From Fistulifera solaris (lineage: Eukaryota), in the NCBI GenBank assembly GCA_030295235.1, contig AP026136.1:248001-312000 (forward strand): a DNA stretch of 64,000 nt, read 5' to 3'. Below the pieces are notes generated by a model that searched no databases, had not been told where the DNA came from, and was given only the letters and a program-made list of their open reading frames with translations. Shown piece after piece: positions 36,752 to 48,735 of the stretch. A program made the position numbers and the translations under genes. How positions within the stretch are numbered: position 1 is the first letter of the stretch; every line of letters begins with the position of its first letter.

Positions 36752-38477
36752 CTATTTCAGCTTTTTTAAAAGTCGATCGCGTCCAGACACTTTTACTCGT
36801 TTGGGCTTTGGTGCCGAAGGGTTGCTCAAGGTTTTTCGGCCCTTGTAGACCTTCTCGTCCGGTGGCTCAGTTTGTGACGGGACCCACTCCTCGTCCTTCA
36901 ACAACTCCCGCTCATCGACAAACGATGACATGTCTTCTCGGGCTTTGGATCGCGCTACTCTGACATGGGATGGTAAGGGTTCCGGACGAAGCGACTTGGA
37001 CGAAAGTTTGATTCGAAATTCGCTGGTATCGTTCTCCGGCGGCGAGCTTATTGTTGCTGGACTGTGAGATGTTGCCTTAGGCGGTGCTATTCTCAGACGA
37101 ATTTTCGGTGTCGTAGCTTTGTCGATAGAGCTTGTCAAGACCTTCACTTCCGGGCTCCCCTGACGGTGCTTTATCAGGAGAGATTCCATTTCGGACACTA
37201 CGGTCTATTTGATCTTGAAACATTTTCAGAAAGTCTTCAAACGAAGAGCAGCCATGTTGTTGCAACACATATTCGACAGCTCCAGCAACGGTAGCCATTT
37301 GATCTGTTTCTCCCTCGTCGCTCGTCCACCAAGACTTGATTGCTTTCACGAGATGCGGCAATTCCTCCAATTCCGGTAAGCACACCTTGCCAGCTATCAG
37401 CTTTTCCAGATACATGCCCGCCGCATAGAAATGCAGCGGCTGAAAGAATGGAAATCGAAATCGTTCAGCCAACTTGCTTTGAGCTTCACTTTCGTAAATA
37501 CGAAGCTGCCTTTCGATATCCATCCCGTGCAGAAAATTACCACCAAAGACGAGACTATCTGAGGGTGTGTAGACACTATGAATCCACCCCGCGGGAATGA
37601 TCAACGTTTGATGTTGCGAAAGCGCCACTCGAAGGACGTCGTGGGGATTGGGAATTCGGTCCGCTAAAAAGATATGTGCCTGATCGGAATCATCGAGCCA
37701 CTCCTCGTAGATCTTTAAATTGCGTTCGGATGGAACAATGAGACAAAACTCTTTCGACCCTGACAACACATGATACCAAACGGATGTACCACCAAAGTCA
37801 ATATGAAAATCGGTGTACGATCCGGCGGCACTGGTCAAGCAGTAATACTGCACTGTGGGACGATGCGGCGATGGATGAGGCCAGGCGTGATCGATCCAAT
37901 CCATGTCACGCACAAAGGAAGGACTTTTGACATAGTTGGCGAGGGGTGTTTGACTAAACTCAAAGCTGATTTGGTTCAGTACGCGATGACGCGTCTTTTG
38001 AATGTACTGGGTCGCGGCCCGACGACTGGGTCGAGTTCGTTCGGGAGAGGACGATTCTGCAGTTTTTGTGACAGAATGGATCCGATCTTCGTCTTCGAAG
38101 TAATCTACCAAATCCGCAAAAGTCCATCCCTCCATTTCCTCTTGATATTCTACATCAATGACATGTACGACCTGCGAATAACCGACTACATCGGCTATAT
38201 CGCGAACGGTAATGGCATTTGCAGAGGAACCCATCGGGCAATTGCATTCCGATCGATTCGGGTCGATCGCGGACCAAGACGGGATGTCGTATGGAGAGAG
38301 TTTTCGATTGAAAAGCATTCGCCGTCAATAGTTGACCTTGATCGAGAATTTGCAGCAAATTTATTTGGATGATTCCCTTCGAACTGCGAGGGATATTCGC
38401 ATCGAACAATGGTAGCTTCAAAAAGAGGGAATGTTCTTGTTTGCATACACAGGTTCCTCAGCATGTTCGTCGACCAT
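36752..38477 (-). CDS. JmjC histone demethylase, KDM2/KDM7 (JHDM1/PHF8)-like
   Basis: RVLNQISFEFSQT, YCLTSAAGSYTDFHIDFGGTSVWYHV, IPAGWIHSVYTP..SLVFGGNFLH; basic C-terminus RDRLLKKLK; about 3 single-base indels (~38422, ~38233, ~37158). Confidence 0.9.
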
Positions 38478-38874
38478 TTTTATCGCATTCCTTTGTAGTT
38501 ACGGAAACACACTAGAGGTGAATATTGTTTGTCGCAGATATCGACAGGAATAAGCACAAAGGCACTTCCAAATGCAATGGGAAAGAAGAAAAAAACGGTT
38601 GCGCACTGTGAGACGTGCAATTACATTCATAACCTGCAATGCGTAGCTACTGGTACTACGTACTATACTTTGTAAGCTCTTCTACTACGAACGTCTGTCG
38701 CTGCTCCGCGTCGGTATTATCGAACGTCGATGGATGGCGTCGTATGGATCACATCCATCTATCGACACGCAAATCAAAAGATCGTCGATGAATTGATTCT
38801 TCTAACAACATAACAGATACGAAGCATACAAGAGAACGGTCTTTGTTTGACACGAAGTCTCAAACAATCAAACA

Positions 38875-39672
38875 ATGTGTCGCAAAATGAGGTTCCGTTG
38901 CCCGAGCCTACTATCATCCGTCGTATGTCTACTGGGGCTACTCACACAAACGACTTTCGCGAGAATGTATTACCCAGTGGCAGTAACCGGATACCGTCAC
39001 CGACGAAATTCACCCGGATACCGTCGTTCTTCTGTTTTGCATGTCAGTCGTAAAACAAGACAATCCAAGGATCCTTCCACGATCCTTCCAGAAATGGTCG
39101 ATGCGCCACAGTCGGGTGTCAATGATGCCGAACTTGGTCCGGTCGGGAGGATTGTTGCGGGAGCCGTGGAAGTCGCCGTCAGCACTGGACTCGAATATAT
39201 GTCTGGATTTTTGGGAGGATATACGCTGGGAACGGTCACCGATGTGCCTCGTTTGTTGTTTCGTACGACCAATCAACCCACATTGTTGCGAGAAACGTCG
39301 AGCCGCTTCGTACGAACGCACAGCAAATCCTTGAAATGGGCCAAGACGTGGGGTGGGATCTCGGCGGCCTTTGGTGGTTTCAATGTTCTCATTAAAGTGG
39401 TACGAGGTGGGAAAGAAGATGACTGGAATTCGATCCTTAGTAGTACCGCCGCCGGTGTTTTCTTTGCCCGAAAAGGTACGCGTATATTGGGTTCGAAGCA
39501 TGGCGGAAATACGAGTCGACTCAATCACTTTTGCTTTCTTCGAATTACAGAAGGCCCACAGGGGATGCTACGTGCTGCCGTTCTGTACGGTGGGTTGATG
39601 TATGTCATTCATGGTGGAATGCTGACACGACGTGATCCATCTCGTTATGTCGAAGAACCCATAGACTTTTGA
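38875..39672 (+). CDS. Tim17/Tim22/Tim23 (PRAT) family membrane protein with N-terminal signal-like peptide
   Basis: AKTWGGISAAFGGF…VRGGKEDDWNSILSSTAAG…ARKEGP family motif; predicted 75-nt stop-free intron 39476-39550. Confidence 0.8.
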   Translation: MCRKMRFRCPSLLSSVVCLLGLLTQTTFARMYYPVAVTGYRHRRNSPGYRRSSVLHVSRKTRQSKDPSTILPEMVDAPQSGVNDAELGPVGRIVAGAVEVAVSTGLEYMSGFLGGYTLGTVTDVPRLLFRTTNQPTLLRETSSRFVRTHSKSLKWAKTWGGISAAFGGFNVLIKVVRGGKEDDWNSILSSTAAGVFFARKGTRILGSKHGGNTSRLNHFCFLRITEGPQGMLRAAVLYGGLMYVIHGGMLTRRDPSRYVEEPIDF

Positions 39673-40482
39673 AGAAGGGAACATGGATGTTGCCAGTGAG
39701 GACTTCGCGCAATTTGTTTTGGAACAAATGGTCTACGAGACGCGTAGTTTGTGGTATCAAGATATTTGTCAAACAATGTCTGGACTTGAAACGACGCAGC
39801 CAACTGCCTTCTTTAATCGATCTACTCGACATGCACCGTTATCAGACGAGAGAAAGAAATAGTTTGGGGGGAGACTGCAAACGTTAGAAAAAAAACAAAT
39901 GGCAAAATGACATTTGTCGGAAGTAGATACTCCGGAACAAATTTTGAAAGCTATGTGAAGAGAGGAGGTCGAACGTCACAACAAATCACAATAGCGAAGG
40001 AAGCAAAGCATTCAAGGTAAACGTAATATGCTCAGTTTAAGTTTGATGTCCTGGTTTTAAAAATTCTAGTTCCGACGTCGCAAATTTAATTCGGAACCTG
40101 TTGAGCTGCTATGAGGAGTGCCACGATGTATAAGCTGACGTGGACCAAAGATTAATAGCGAAAGCGCTTTGACCTTTGACGCGGACGGGGTATTTTCACT
40201 CACTCACAACAAGTCGCTCACGTGGATGAGGTCATCATGCTGACAAACTAGCAACGATAGCAGACAACAGACAACAGACAGACACGAACATCCGAGAATT
40301 CAATGGATGGAGACCTTTTAAAAAGCAGTTCCATGCAGCACTTTTTCCTCTCGAACAAACCAGAAGTTCCAAGAACATTGTATCTTCGGAAAGTTCTTTC
40401 TGATTCTCTGTGGAACGCAAAGAATAGCCGCAGTTCGATCAGCGCTCACAGTTTGAATCAACGTCATTACTTACGAGCAATC

Positions 40483-41349
40483 ATGAAAGTTCTTTACTTT
40501 GTTGGCGGCACCGGAGGCTTGGGTCAAGAACTGGCCAAGGGCCTCGTGACTGCGGAAGGCTTCGATGACAAGATCGCCCTGGTACGATCGATTGGAGAGA
40601 AAAGCGAGAGGCTTGAAAGTCTCGGATGGAAAGTCCAGCAAGTAGACTTCAATGACGCAGAAAGATTGGTCAATGCCATGCCGAATGCTTCCGTCGTCGT
40701 TTCATCTGTTTCAGGACCGCAATTGGTCGACACAGAGATCAAGATGATCAATGCTGCCAAAGCTGCGGGTGCTTCTTTGTACGTTCCTTCGCAGTACGGT
40801 GTCGATCACCGTCGTTGGAAGCCGGGCTTTCCCTTTTTTGTTGGGAAAAAGGTTGTTTTGGACCACGCCGAAAAGGTCGGTCTTCCCACTCTTGCCGTGT
40901 ACACGGGTCTATTCTCGGATTACATTTTCTTCTTCTTGGCTAATCTTGAGAAGATGACGGCGACATTGGTGGACAGTGGTACTGGCAAATACTCATTTAC
41001 AAAACGAAGCGATATTGGGTTCATTTTGGCCAGGGCCTTGACAGAACCGGAGTTTGCCAATGGAGGCGACCTATCTGTTCAGGCTGAGACTATGACTTGG
41101 CGTGAAGCACTTGCTTTGGTGGAAGAGATCAAAGGTCAAAAGTTTACATTCATTGAGTTGACTAGTCAAGAAGCCTTAGAGAAGGAGCAGGAGCTGCTCC
41201 AGGGCGGTGATTTGTTGGGTGCATTCCGATTGCATCTACTCGGAGAACCGGTCCGGGGAAGTCTTGGTAGCGACACCAGCGAAGGCGCAAAGAGCTATGA
41301 TGTGGAGCTTGAAACGTTAAAGCAGACTCTCAAAGCAACCCTTAAGTGA
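40483..41349 (+). CDS. NmrA-like / isoflavone reductase-like protein (copy 2, intact)
   Basis: 288-aa ORF from ATG 40483, GGTGGLG motif; inverted paralog of 35477-36341. Confidence 0.9.
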   Translation: MKVLYFVGGTGGLGQELAKGLVTAEGFDDKIALVRSIGEKSERLESLGWKVQQVDFNDAERLVNAMPNASVVVSSVSGPQLVDTEIKMINAAKAAGASLYVPSQYGVDHRRWKPGFPFFVGKKVVLDHAEKVGLPTLAVYTGLFSDYIFFFLANLEKMTATLVDSGTGKYSFTKRSDIGFILARALTEPEFANGGDLSVQAETMTWREALALVEEIKGQKFTFIELTSQEALEKEQELLQGGDLLGAFRLHLLGEPVRGSLGSDTSEGAKSYDVELETLKQTLKATLK

Positions 41350-41602
41350 GGCGGCACGTTTCGGCATTTGCTGTCCGGAGCAAAAACCCTTCCGTAAGAT
41401 TCTGCCATGCCCATGAGCATCTATTTGTAATATGTAAGCATAATAAAGTCATTAAATTCACGTAATCAGCATGCTAAATTAATAATTTCTACGCATCTAC
41501 ATTGCTCGGTCAGAAAGGATGAATTTGGAAGGCGCGCTTGGTCAATACTACGAAAACGATTAACGATGATACAAAACAAAGGAACGGCAGGGCTTCCGCA
41601 AA

Positions 41603-42370
41603 TCAAATTTCAACGCGCTCACTTTGGATGATCAAATCAGACATGGAGGTGCCATAATTATGCGCAAACGATTCCAGAACGCCATAATACTCGTCAAACG
41701 ACAAATAGCCAGGCACGTCCATGTCGCGGGGAAGGTCTGGAAGAATTTTACGCACAAACGAACGAAAATGGGCGGGATGAACCAACTTTCCTTCGTGATT
41801 TGGAAAAAACATCTCTTCTTCAATTGCATTCTCAATGCAATGCTTGCTGTTTTCGTACTCCCGCTCTTTCAAGTTCTTGTTCTTGTTGGTACTCTTGGGG
41901 CCATACAAAAATCGCTTCTCGTCTTCTGCTAACGAACGATGACTTGGAATAGAAAATACACTCACGTCTTCGAAAAAGCTAACTCGACGAGTGGGAGGGC
42001 TGAAGAAACTGTCGCGATCGCACATGAAGTCATCCGCAAACCGCAGCGGAACTTGAATCGGCGCCGCAGCAAGGCCCACGACAAGTTTGGCTGCCAGATC
42101 GCCGCCCCGAGGCATTGCTGGGCTTAGCGCAGCAGGCGACGGGTGAAAATCACCAATTTTCCAGACAGGCACAGGCGAAATGTCACCAGAGACACTTTCC
42201 GGGGCATTTGATTTTAAGTCAGACGTTACAACATCGTCTTTGGCGTCGAATCGAAAACGCAAAGAAGCCCACACCTTGCGGAAAGGCCGAATCGATCGAC
42301 GATGCTTCACGGTCGTCTTCTGATGACTTTGGGGACGTAGTAGGCACTTAAGGTGGCGGGAAACTTTCAT
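41603..42370 (-). CDS. Hypothetical protein with RVxF-like motif
   Basis: Intact ORF of about 255 aa; RRVSFFEDVSVFSIPSHRSLAEDEKRFLY resembles a common diatom V.F…V..IP motif. Confidence 0.6.
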   Translation of the reverse strand: MKVSRHLKCLLRPQSHQKTTVKHRRSIRPFRKVWASLRFRFDAKDDVVTSDLKSNAPESVSGDISPVPVWKIGDFHPSPAALSPAMPRGGDLAAKLVVGLAAAPIQVPLRFADDFMCDRDSFFSPPTRRVSFFEDVSVFSIPSHRSLAEDEKRFLYGPKSTNKNKNLKEREYENSKHCIENAIEEEMFFPNHEGKLVHPAHFRSFVRKILPDLPRDMDVPGYLSFDEYYGVLESFAHNYGTSMSDLIIQSERVEI

Positions 42371-42807
42371 TATTGTTGATGATATCAAGAACCAATAAAA
42401 GTGTGTCTTTTTTCGTTTTTTGTGCCGAAAGACCAGAACACGCTTGCTGCCGAGGACGGACGCAGTACAGACACTTCAACAATAACTATACGACATCACT
42501 TCTCAACCTATTTGTACACTATGCGATATTGTCGTTCTGTTTTCAGTTACGCTTTCTCCGTGATAAGGAAGCACCCTCTCGCTGCTCCGTTTACATCTCA
42601 GAGGGAAAGGACGCAGCCAGCGACGAGTGAATCACATCATTGTTTATTTTGCAATTTCTATTAGAATTACCACTTCTTCATTTTGGATCTCCCCTTCGAA
42701 GTTGCTTGCTACCAGGTCGAGCGAACGTGGACGTAGACTGCTTCAATTGTCGTTGGTTTTCAACAAATTTCAAGTTGTATTTGTCATCTCACATTGAATA
42801 TTGAGCA

Positions 42808-45020
42808 ATGCCTGTCTACTTATGTCACCCCGGAGAGAACGACCCGGAACCGTGGCGGTATGGTCTTCAAGTGTTTGCTGCTCCCTGCAAAATTGATGAT
42901 AATGCACCCTCTTCCACTGCTTCGGTAGGCGGTGGGACGGACTTAATCGTTGCAGATTGGGCGGACGATGAAGACGTAAAGCAACGAAACGAGAACATTC
43001 AAGTGACAAAAGCAGTCGGCCGCGGCACTCGTCCATCGATATCGTCACAAGTCGTTCGACGCGTTCGTCATGCCGAGCTGCTACTTGTTGACGATGTTTG
43101 TCTAGCTTATGATCGATTTTGGCTACGATTGCGTTGGCCAGGGCGGAAAGGAGGCTTCGCAGGGTATATTGCTATGGGACTTGTTTCTGAAGCATCTCGG
43201 ATCTTTTCATCTCATGGTAAGTGGTTGCTTGTTATGTCCACATTTACGATCGGAATCTTATTCTTCTCTTAGTCATCGATTCACACATTCCCGGCGTCCT
43301 TGCCGCGGAAGATAGAGCCAGCGGTGATGATTTAGATCACGATGACAATCGTGAAGAAACTGGAAGTATGCCTCCATCCGAGCCTAGTGAAATAACGTCC
43401 CTCGTTTGTTCACGCACCGGACTTCTCTTTCCTTCATCGCCTGTCATGAAGCTACTCGCACATTATGATGACGGCCTATCGCCACCAGTGGCCTTGGCGC
43501 CCAATCCAAGTGATTCTGTGTTCTGTCGAATTTGTCGCGAAGGGTTGCATGATGACGCAGATGATGAGCTTCCAGCTGCTGCCGATGACGACGCTGATAT
43601 AGATAGAACTGGGAGCGGCTCTTTACCGCAATCGGGAAGTGAAACCGGATCTGTCGATGTGGGCCAATCTAGTCCAAGCGATCCTAAAGCCCCTGAATCA
43701 CCACACCCATCCTACGGGTCGAATCATGATGCCATGCAAAATCCAATGCTAGCACCTTGCGAATGCTCAGGCTCTATGGCGTTTGTACATTACTTGTGTG
43801 TGGAGCAGTGGCGATGCAGATCTCGACACCCCGATGCACAAGACGGATTGAATTGCGAGACATGTGGTGCTAGATATGCTTTGCCACCCGCTGAACGCGA
43901 GGTGCATGTGCCGCATGTCGACCAAGATCAGGATGACTGGCTAGAGGCAATGCCGCCTCATGTCATGCAGGCTCTTCGCCAGCCGCATATTTGGTGGCAA
44001 ATGGGTGCTGCGATTGTTCGACGTCGTTGGCTCCGTCCCATTGCTCCCGTCATTATGTCTCCGATTGTGGCTTTGTACTGCCGTGCACGACGGCTGCTCA
44101 AGAAAAGAGGAGTCGCTCGCCGCCGTTGGGCTTGCAGTCTTTGTCGGCGCCGTGCCCGATGGAAGTGCGTGCGATGTCTTCGTAGTTACTACTGTTCACG
44201 TCAGTGCCAAAATGTGTCATGGCATATCATTCACAAGCATGTCTGCTACAAACCTGTTCGATTTTGGTGGTCGGTTCTCGTGTACTCAATTGTTGGTTTG
44301 CTACTCTTCCCAGGCTTTCGGCGTGATCCGCTCGTGTATGACCTGGGCTTGATGGCCGTGCCCATGTCATTTGTGGTCGCGGGAATCTTGGGCGGAAGCG
44401 CTGGTATATTGATTAAAAAGGCTTTAGGAATAGATGCCCGTGGGCGTTTGTTGGAATTAACAGTTGTTCTGGTCACCATTTTCTTATCGTTCGTCACTTG
44501 GGGCCTAATTCAAAGCTTCTTTGGGAATCCAAACGCTTGCGTTGGCGCAATTGGTGCTTATGACATAACTGCAAGCGATCTTCCTTCAACATCTTCAATG
44601 TTGCGATGGTTTCAGATATTGATTTTAAAACCAATGAAGACCTTTTATCTCGTTGTGGACAAGGGATGTTCTCAGTATCTGGGCACGTGGGGTAAACGAT
44701 TATTGTGTGACGATCGAAGTCTGCTGCATTTCTTCCCATGGGATGGTGAAGATGAATACACCTATTATAAGGTCGGCTGTTTTGAGCATATTCCGTTTGC
44801 AAATGAGAATTTTTTCTTGAAAGAACATGGAGGAGAAAAGTGTGCCGGCGATTTGGTCATGGTTTTATCCTTATATCATTTAGCAGCAGTCAGTTTTATC
44901 ATTAGTACATTGGCCAAGCACGAAGAGCGCCGTCAACGACGAGAGAGGATGGAGAGGCGTTTGCCACGTCAAGGGCGAGCCGTAGTTCGCAGGCCTGGGC
45001 AACACGCTCATCAAGATTAA
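42808..45020 (+). CDS. RING-CH (MARCH-type) plus MYND zinc-finger multi-TM protein, putative E3 ligase
   Basis: CRICRE…(insert)…PCECSGSMAFVHYLCVEQWR…CETC; CSLC…CVRC..YYCSRQCQNVSW..HKHVC; C-terminal TM helices; intron 43217-43272. Confidence 0.85.
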
Positions 45021-45105
45021 ACGATAGAAGTCCTATAGGTAATGGAATACAGCTTAGCTTGAGCTTTACAGTTTTGCCTGTGACTTTCGTTTGTCTCCCC
45101 AAACT

Positions 45106-47522
45106 TTACAATGACCCTCCCGAGTCGCTGATATCGACATCCATACTCATCATCATAGCACTACCGTCTTCTTCCTTAGGAGTTTTCCTCTGTGGTGTTG
45201 ATCGCATCAAAAATGACGAGTCGTCATTTGTATGCTTGGGAATTTGTGAAATGCTGGACGACTCTTCCAGCTGTTCTTGCAGGGCTCGTTGCAACATTTC
45301 GGTACTGAAAGCATCATCTGCTTTAAAACTCAATGCTTGGTGGTACAACTGAATTGCTTCATCTAACTGCCGTGTCAAATGCTTCGTAAAAGCCAGTGCC
45401 GCATATGCCGACCCCTTTTCGGGACAAAGGGCCACACAATGGTGGTAGCAAAGTTCTGCCTTTTCAAACTGACGTGTTTTACGATAGCAGTGACCCAAGT
45501 CAAACAAAGCTGGCTCCCAATACGGATCTTGAATTCGGTCCAGTCCTTCAGTCAAAGGGTCCGCTGATTGCGTCAAACTCGTTAATGCCTTCTGAAACCA
45601 CACAATGGCCGATTCGTTTTCACCTTTTTGTGCGTAAAGAACGCCGAGCTCATGCAAGCATAAAGGGTCACCCCCACTCGACTTGAGCGCAGAATGTAGA
45701 AAGTGTTGGGCTAAAACAAGGTGATTGGTTCTCACGTACTCCATACCCATGTAAAGCAAGGATGTATGATCTCCGGGGCTGAGTCTTTGGGCGGCTCTGA
45801 ACGATGCAAGGGCTTGGTCTGACTCGTCGCATGCGGCAAAGGCACAACCAAACGCAACCCAAGCCTCTGTGCACTGCGGATCTAAACGAGTCGCCCGACA
45901 AAAATGACGCTGGGCGACATGAAACCGCCGACAGCAGTAGTAGTATGCCCCCACCGCGAACCATGACTGCGCCGATTTCGGGGAAAATTCAACCCACTCA
46001 TGCGCCAAGCGGAAGAGAACACGCTTGTGTCCCATGAGTACGAGTGTAGAAATGTAACAAAATGCTGCACCAGGGACCAATGGATCAATTTGAGAAAGTC
46101 GCTCAGCATAGTTCAACACATCCTTCCACTGATAGCGGCGATAGGCACGACGAGCGGCCATGGCAAGAACGTGAGGTGAATGCTGTAGCTTAAAATCATT
46201 CCATAGCTGGTCAAGTGCACCGTCGACAGCTTCCTGGATATCCGATGATGCAGAGCTGGACGGGAAATCTGCACCTTTCCCGAAAATACTCCGTGCATCG
46301 ATGTTGTCTCTCGTCTTTTCATGGGATGACCGACGTCATTGGCGGCTGGGGTGTGAAAAGCCGGTATAGGCGATGAAAACGGAATAGCCGAAGCGTTGGG
46401 TGAAAACAGAGACATCGAATCGCTGCTGGCTGGAGCCGCGGCAGGTAATTCTTCCGTCACTTCTTGCGGGGAAATTTCGATGCGAGCCAGATAGAGGGCT
46501 TTTAACCACTTTAACGTTGTACCCTTGCCCCCGGAGAAGTCTAAGGAGTCCAGCAGCTGATACGCGTCGGATGCCGTCACCAAGTGGCGATCCAACAGAT
46601 ACTCCCACGCCGCTTGACATTGACAATCGATTTTGAGTGCACGTTTCCAGTACGTAGCGGCACGAATTCCGTGACCTGTTTCCAGATACGCGCGTCCGCG
46701 CCAGGTGCAGATACGCGCCAGCAAGTGAATCTGATACTCGGGTTGACCCGCTTGATCCATCGCCTCCTGTAACGTATGCCACGCAAAATCGTCATTGTCG
46801 TCGAGAGGCTTTGAAATCGCCAAAGTACTAAATGTAGGATGCTTATTTTGATTGGATAAATCATCCGGCAGACGGCAGGCATCCTCCAGCAATTCCACCA
46901 GCGACGGCCATTCTTCCTGCGCCGCCAGAGCCGAACACGCCACCAGCAATGCCTCCCAGGGATAGCTACTGCGCAATAAGCAACTCTCCTCCAGTGTTTT
47001 CAAGCAGGCCGAAAAGTTACGAGCATTTAGCTGAATTTGTGACAGCATCAAGGCATCACTTGGATGCCCAGTTTTCGCATACAACAAACTCGCAAAGAAA
47101 GCCGCTTGAGAGGGAGATTCCGTAGCCGATTGGTTCGCCAGTGAACGAAGTCTTTCGAGTGGAATGCCGTCCACTGCCGCTTTGGGTGGAGGTGATAGGA
47201 TGGAAGACGACTCGTCCGTAAAATTCTTGGACGTCTCGGCATCCTCCATGTCCACGGCAGCATTGTTGAAGGACGTACCGCCAAAGAAACTGGTTCGTCC
47301 ACGAGCATTCGACGTGGATGCACGGGGAGACCAGTGATTGACACTGGCACTATTATTGGGCGAGAATCGAAGCAGACCTTGCAGAAGCGGAGAGTGTGAC
47401 GATTCATCCCCCGTGATACCGTCAATCTGCGTCCTTGTGATGCGAGTTCGCTGGTTTCGGCTCGATGGAAATGGTGACCGCCCCGAAGGCCCGGATGATG
47501 GGTTAAGACCAGAGGAAGCCAT
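45106..47522 (-). CDS. CDC16: Anaphase-promoting complex subunit 6 (TPR protein)
   Basis: LFRLAHEWV…SWFAVGAYY…AWVAFGCAFA..DESDQALASFRAAQRL…LYMGMEY…DPLCLHELGV; frameshift ~46277. Confidence 0.9.
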
Positions 47523-47799
47523 TCTTTGATCACGTTAAGCTTCTTTATTATTTATAGATCGAATTTACAATATACTAACGTTTTGGTTGATGTATCATCA
47601 GCATCGGACGCGGCACAACCATTTTTCGGCCACAGAAAGCCTGTAGAGAAAACGGCACTGACAATAAGTACCGTATCGATCGATTTTTTTACGGACGAAG
47701 AATGAACGACGTCGTGATGGTCGAGCGATGGTCGAGCGATGGTCGAGCGAGCGAGCTAGATCTAACAAGACAAACTACAAAAAAACAATACGCGAAATT

Positions 47800-48396
47800 C
47801 TACACGAAGTTAATGAAGGAGGCTGTGATCCAGAATTTCCAGTTTGCAACTAAGCTGGTCCAGAATGTCTCTCGATCTGATTTCTTTACTCCCCCAATTC
47901 CATTAAACTGCAGTAAGCTGAGACCGCTAGTCATCAAGAAGAGAAGAATCGGAGCTTGAATGAATTGATCAATCAAAGCCTTGACAAAAGATCTTCGTGT
48001 GAACGGCTTTTCTGTTGGGGGCAAGTAATGATCCAGGAATGAAGAGTAATAATGACTCTAGGGAGCTCCGAAGAAGCCGATTGCACCAAATTGAGCGACC
48101 CGAAGCCAATCTACGCTCGCACTGTAGTTCGTTCCCCGGAGATGCTCCACTCCTTGCGCGCAAAGATCACCACTACCAACGATTAAGAGAGCGGTAACGC
48201 TCTTCACAAGGAGCGGACGAGTCTCAAGTAATTCGCAGTAACGATCCCAAAGACTTATTTTGGCAGCACGGTTTTCATTGGCCGCATCAGAATCGTCTCC
48301 TCCCACGGCCACTTTTCGTTTGTTGCTTAGGAGAGGCCTTGTTTCGCCATTGATATAATCCCATTCATTTTCCGCATCTTCTGGAGGAAAACTCAT
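47800..48396 (-). pseudogene. Mpv17/PMP22 family protein, disrupted
   Basis: RPLLVKSVTA, GDLCAQ, DWLRVAQF, KALIDQFIQAP, ANWKFW; in-frame TAG at 48058-48060 where Trp is expected (GAP*SHYY); last TM region truncated at FINFV*. Confidence 0.7.
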
Positions 48397-48735
48397 CTTT
48401 AATCTACGGTTAATGACTCCTTCGTTTCCCTATTGTGTGTTTTTCCATATGATGACAAACAATAATGACGCAGCTTTTTTTTCATTCTTCGTCTCGTCTT
48501 GTGTACGGAATAATACGGAATGCTTTTTGATTTTGAACGCGCTCGCGCTTCATTCACGTTTGTCATGTCCCGCTTGCCAACTTAAAAGCATACTCCGTAT
48601 CATCTAGATATTTCAGACCGAGCTATGTGTCCATTCAAAGGTTAAAACTAGATAGAACTTATACTATGCACACCAGCAAACATTAAATTTTTCTGTTTTT
48701 CATTATATTGATTATTTTTGGTCGCATTTTTTGTC

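Noticed and set aside
40303..40482. 60-aa N-terminal extension of NmrA copy 2
   Set aside because: The paralog starts at the equivalent MKVLYF Met; upstream in-frame sequence is not conserved.
35477..41349. Composite transposon bounded by the inverted repeats
   Set aside because: The repeats are metabolic NmrA-like genes, not IS/TE ends; no transposase or TSD.
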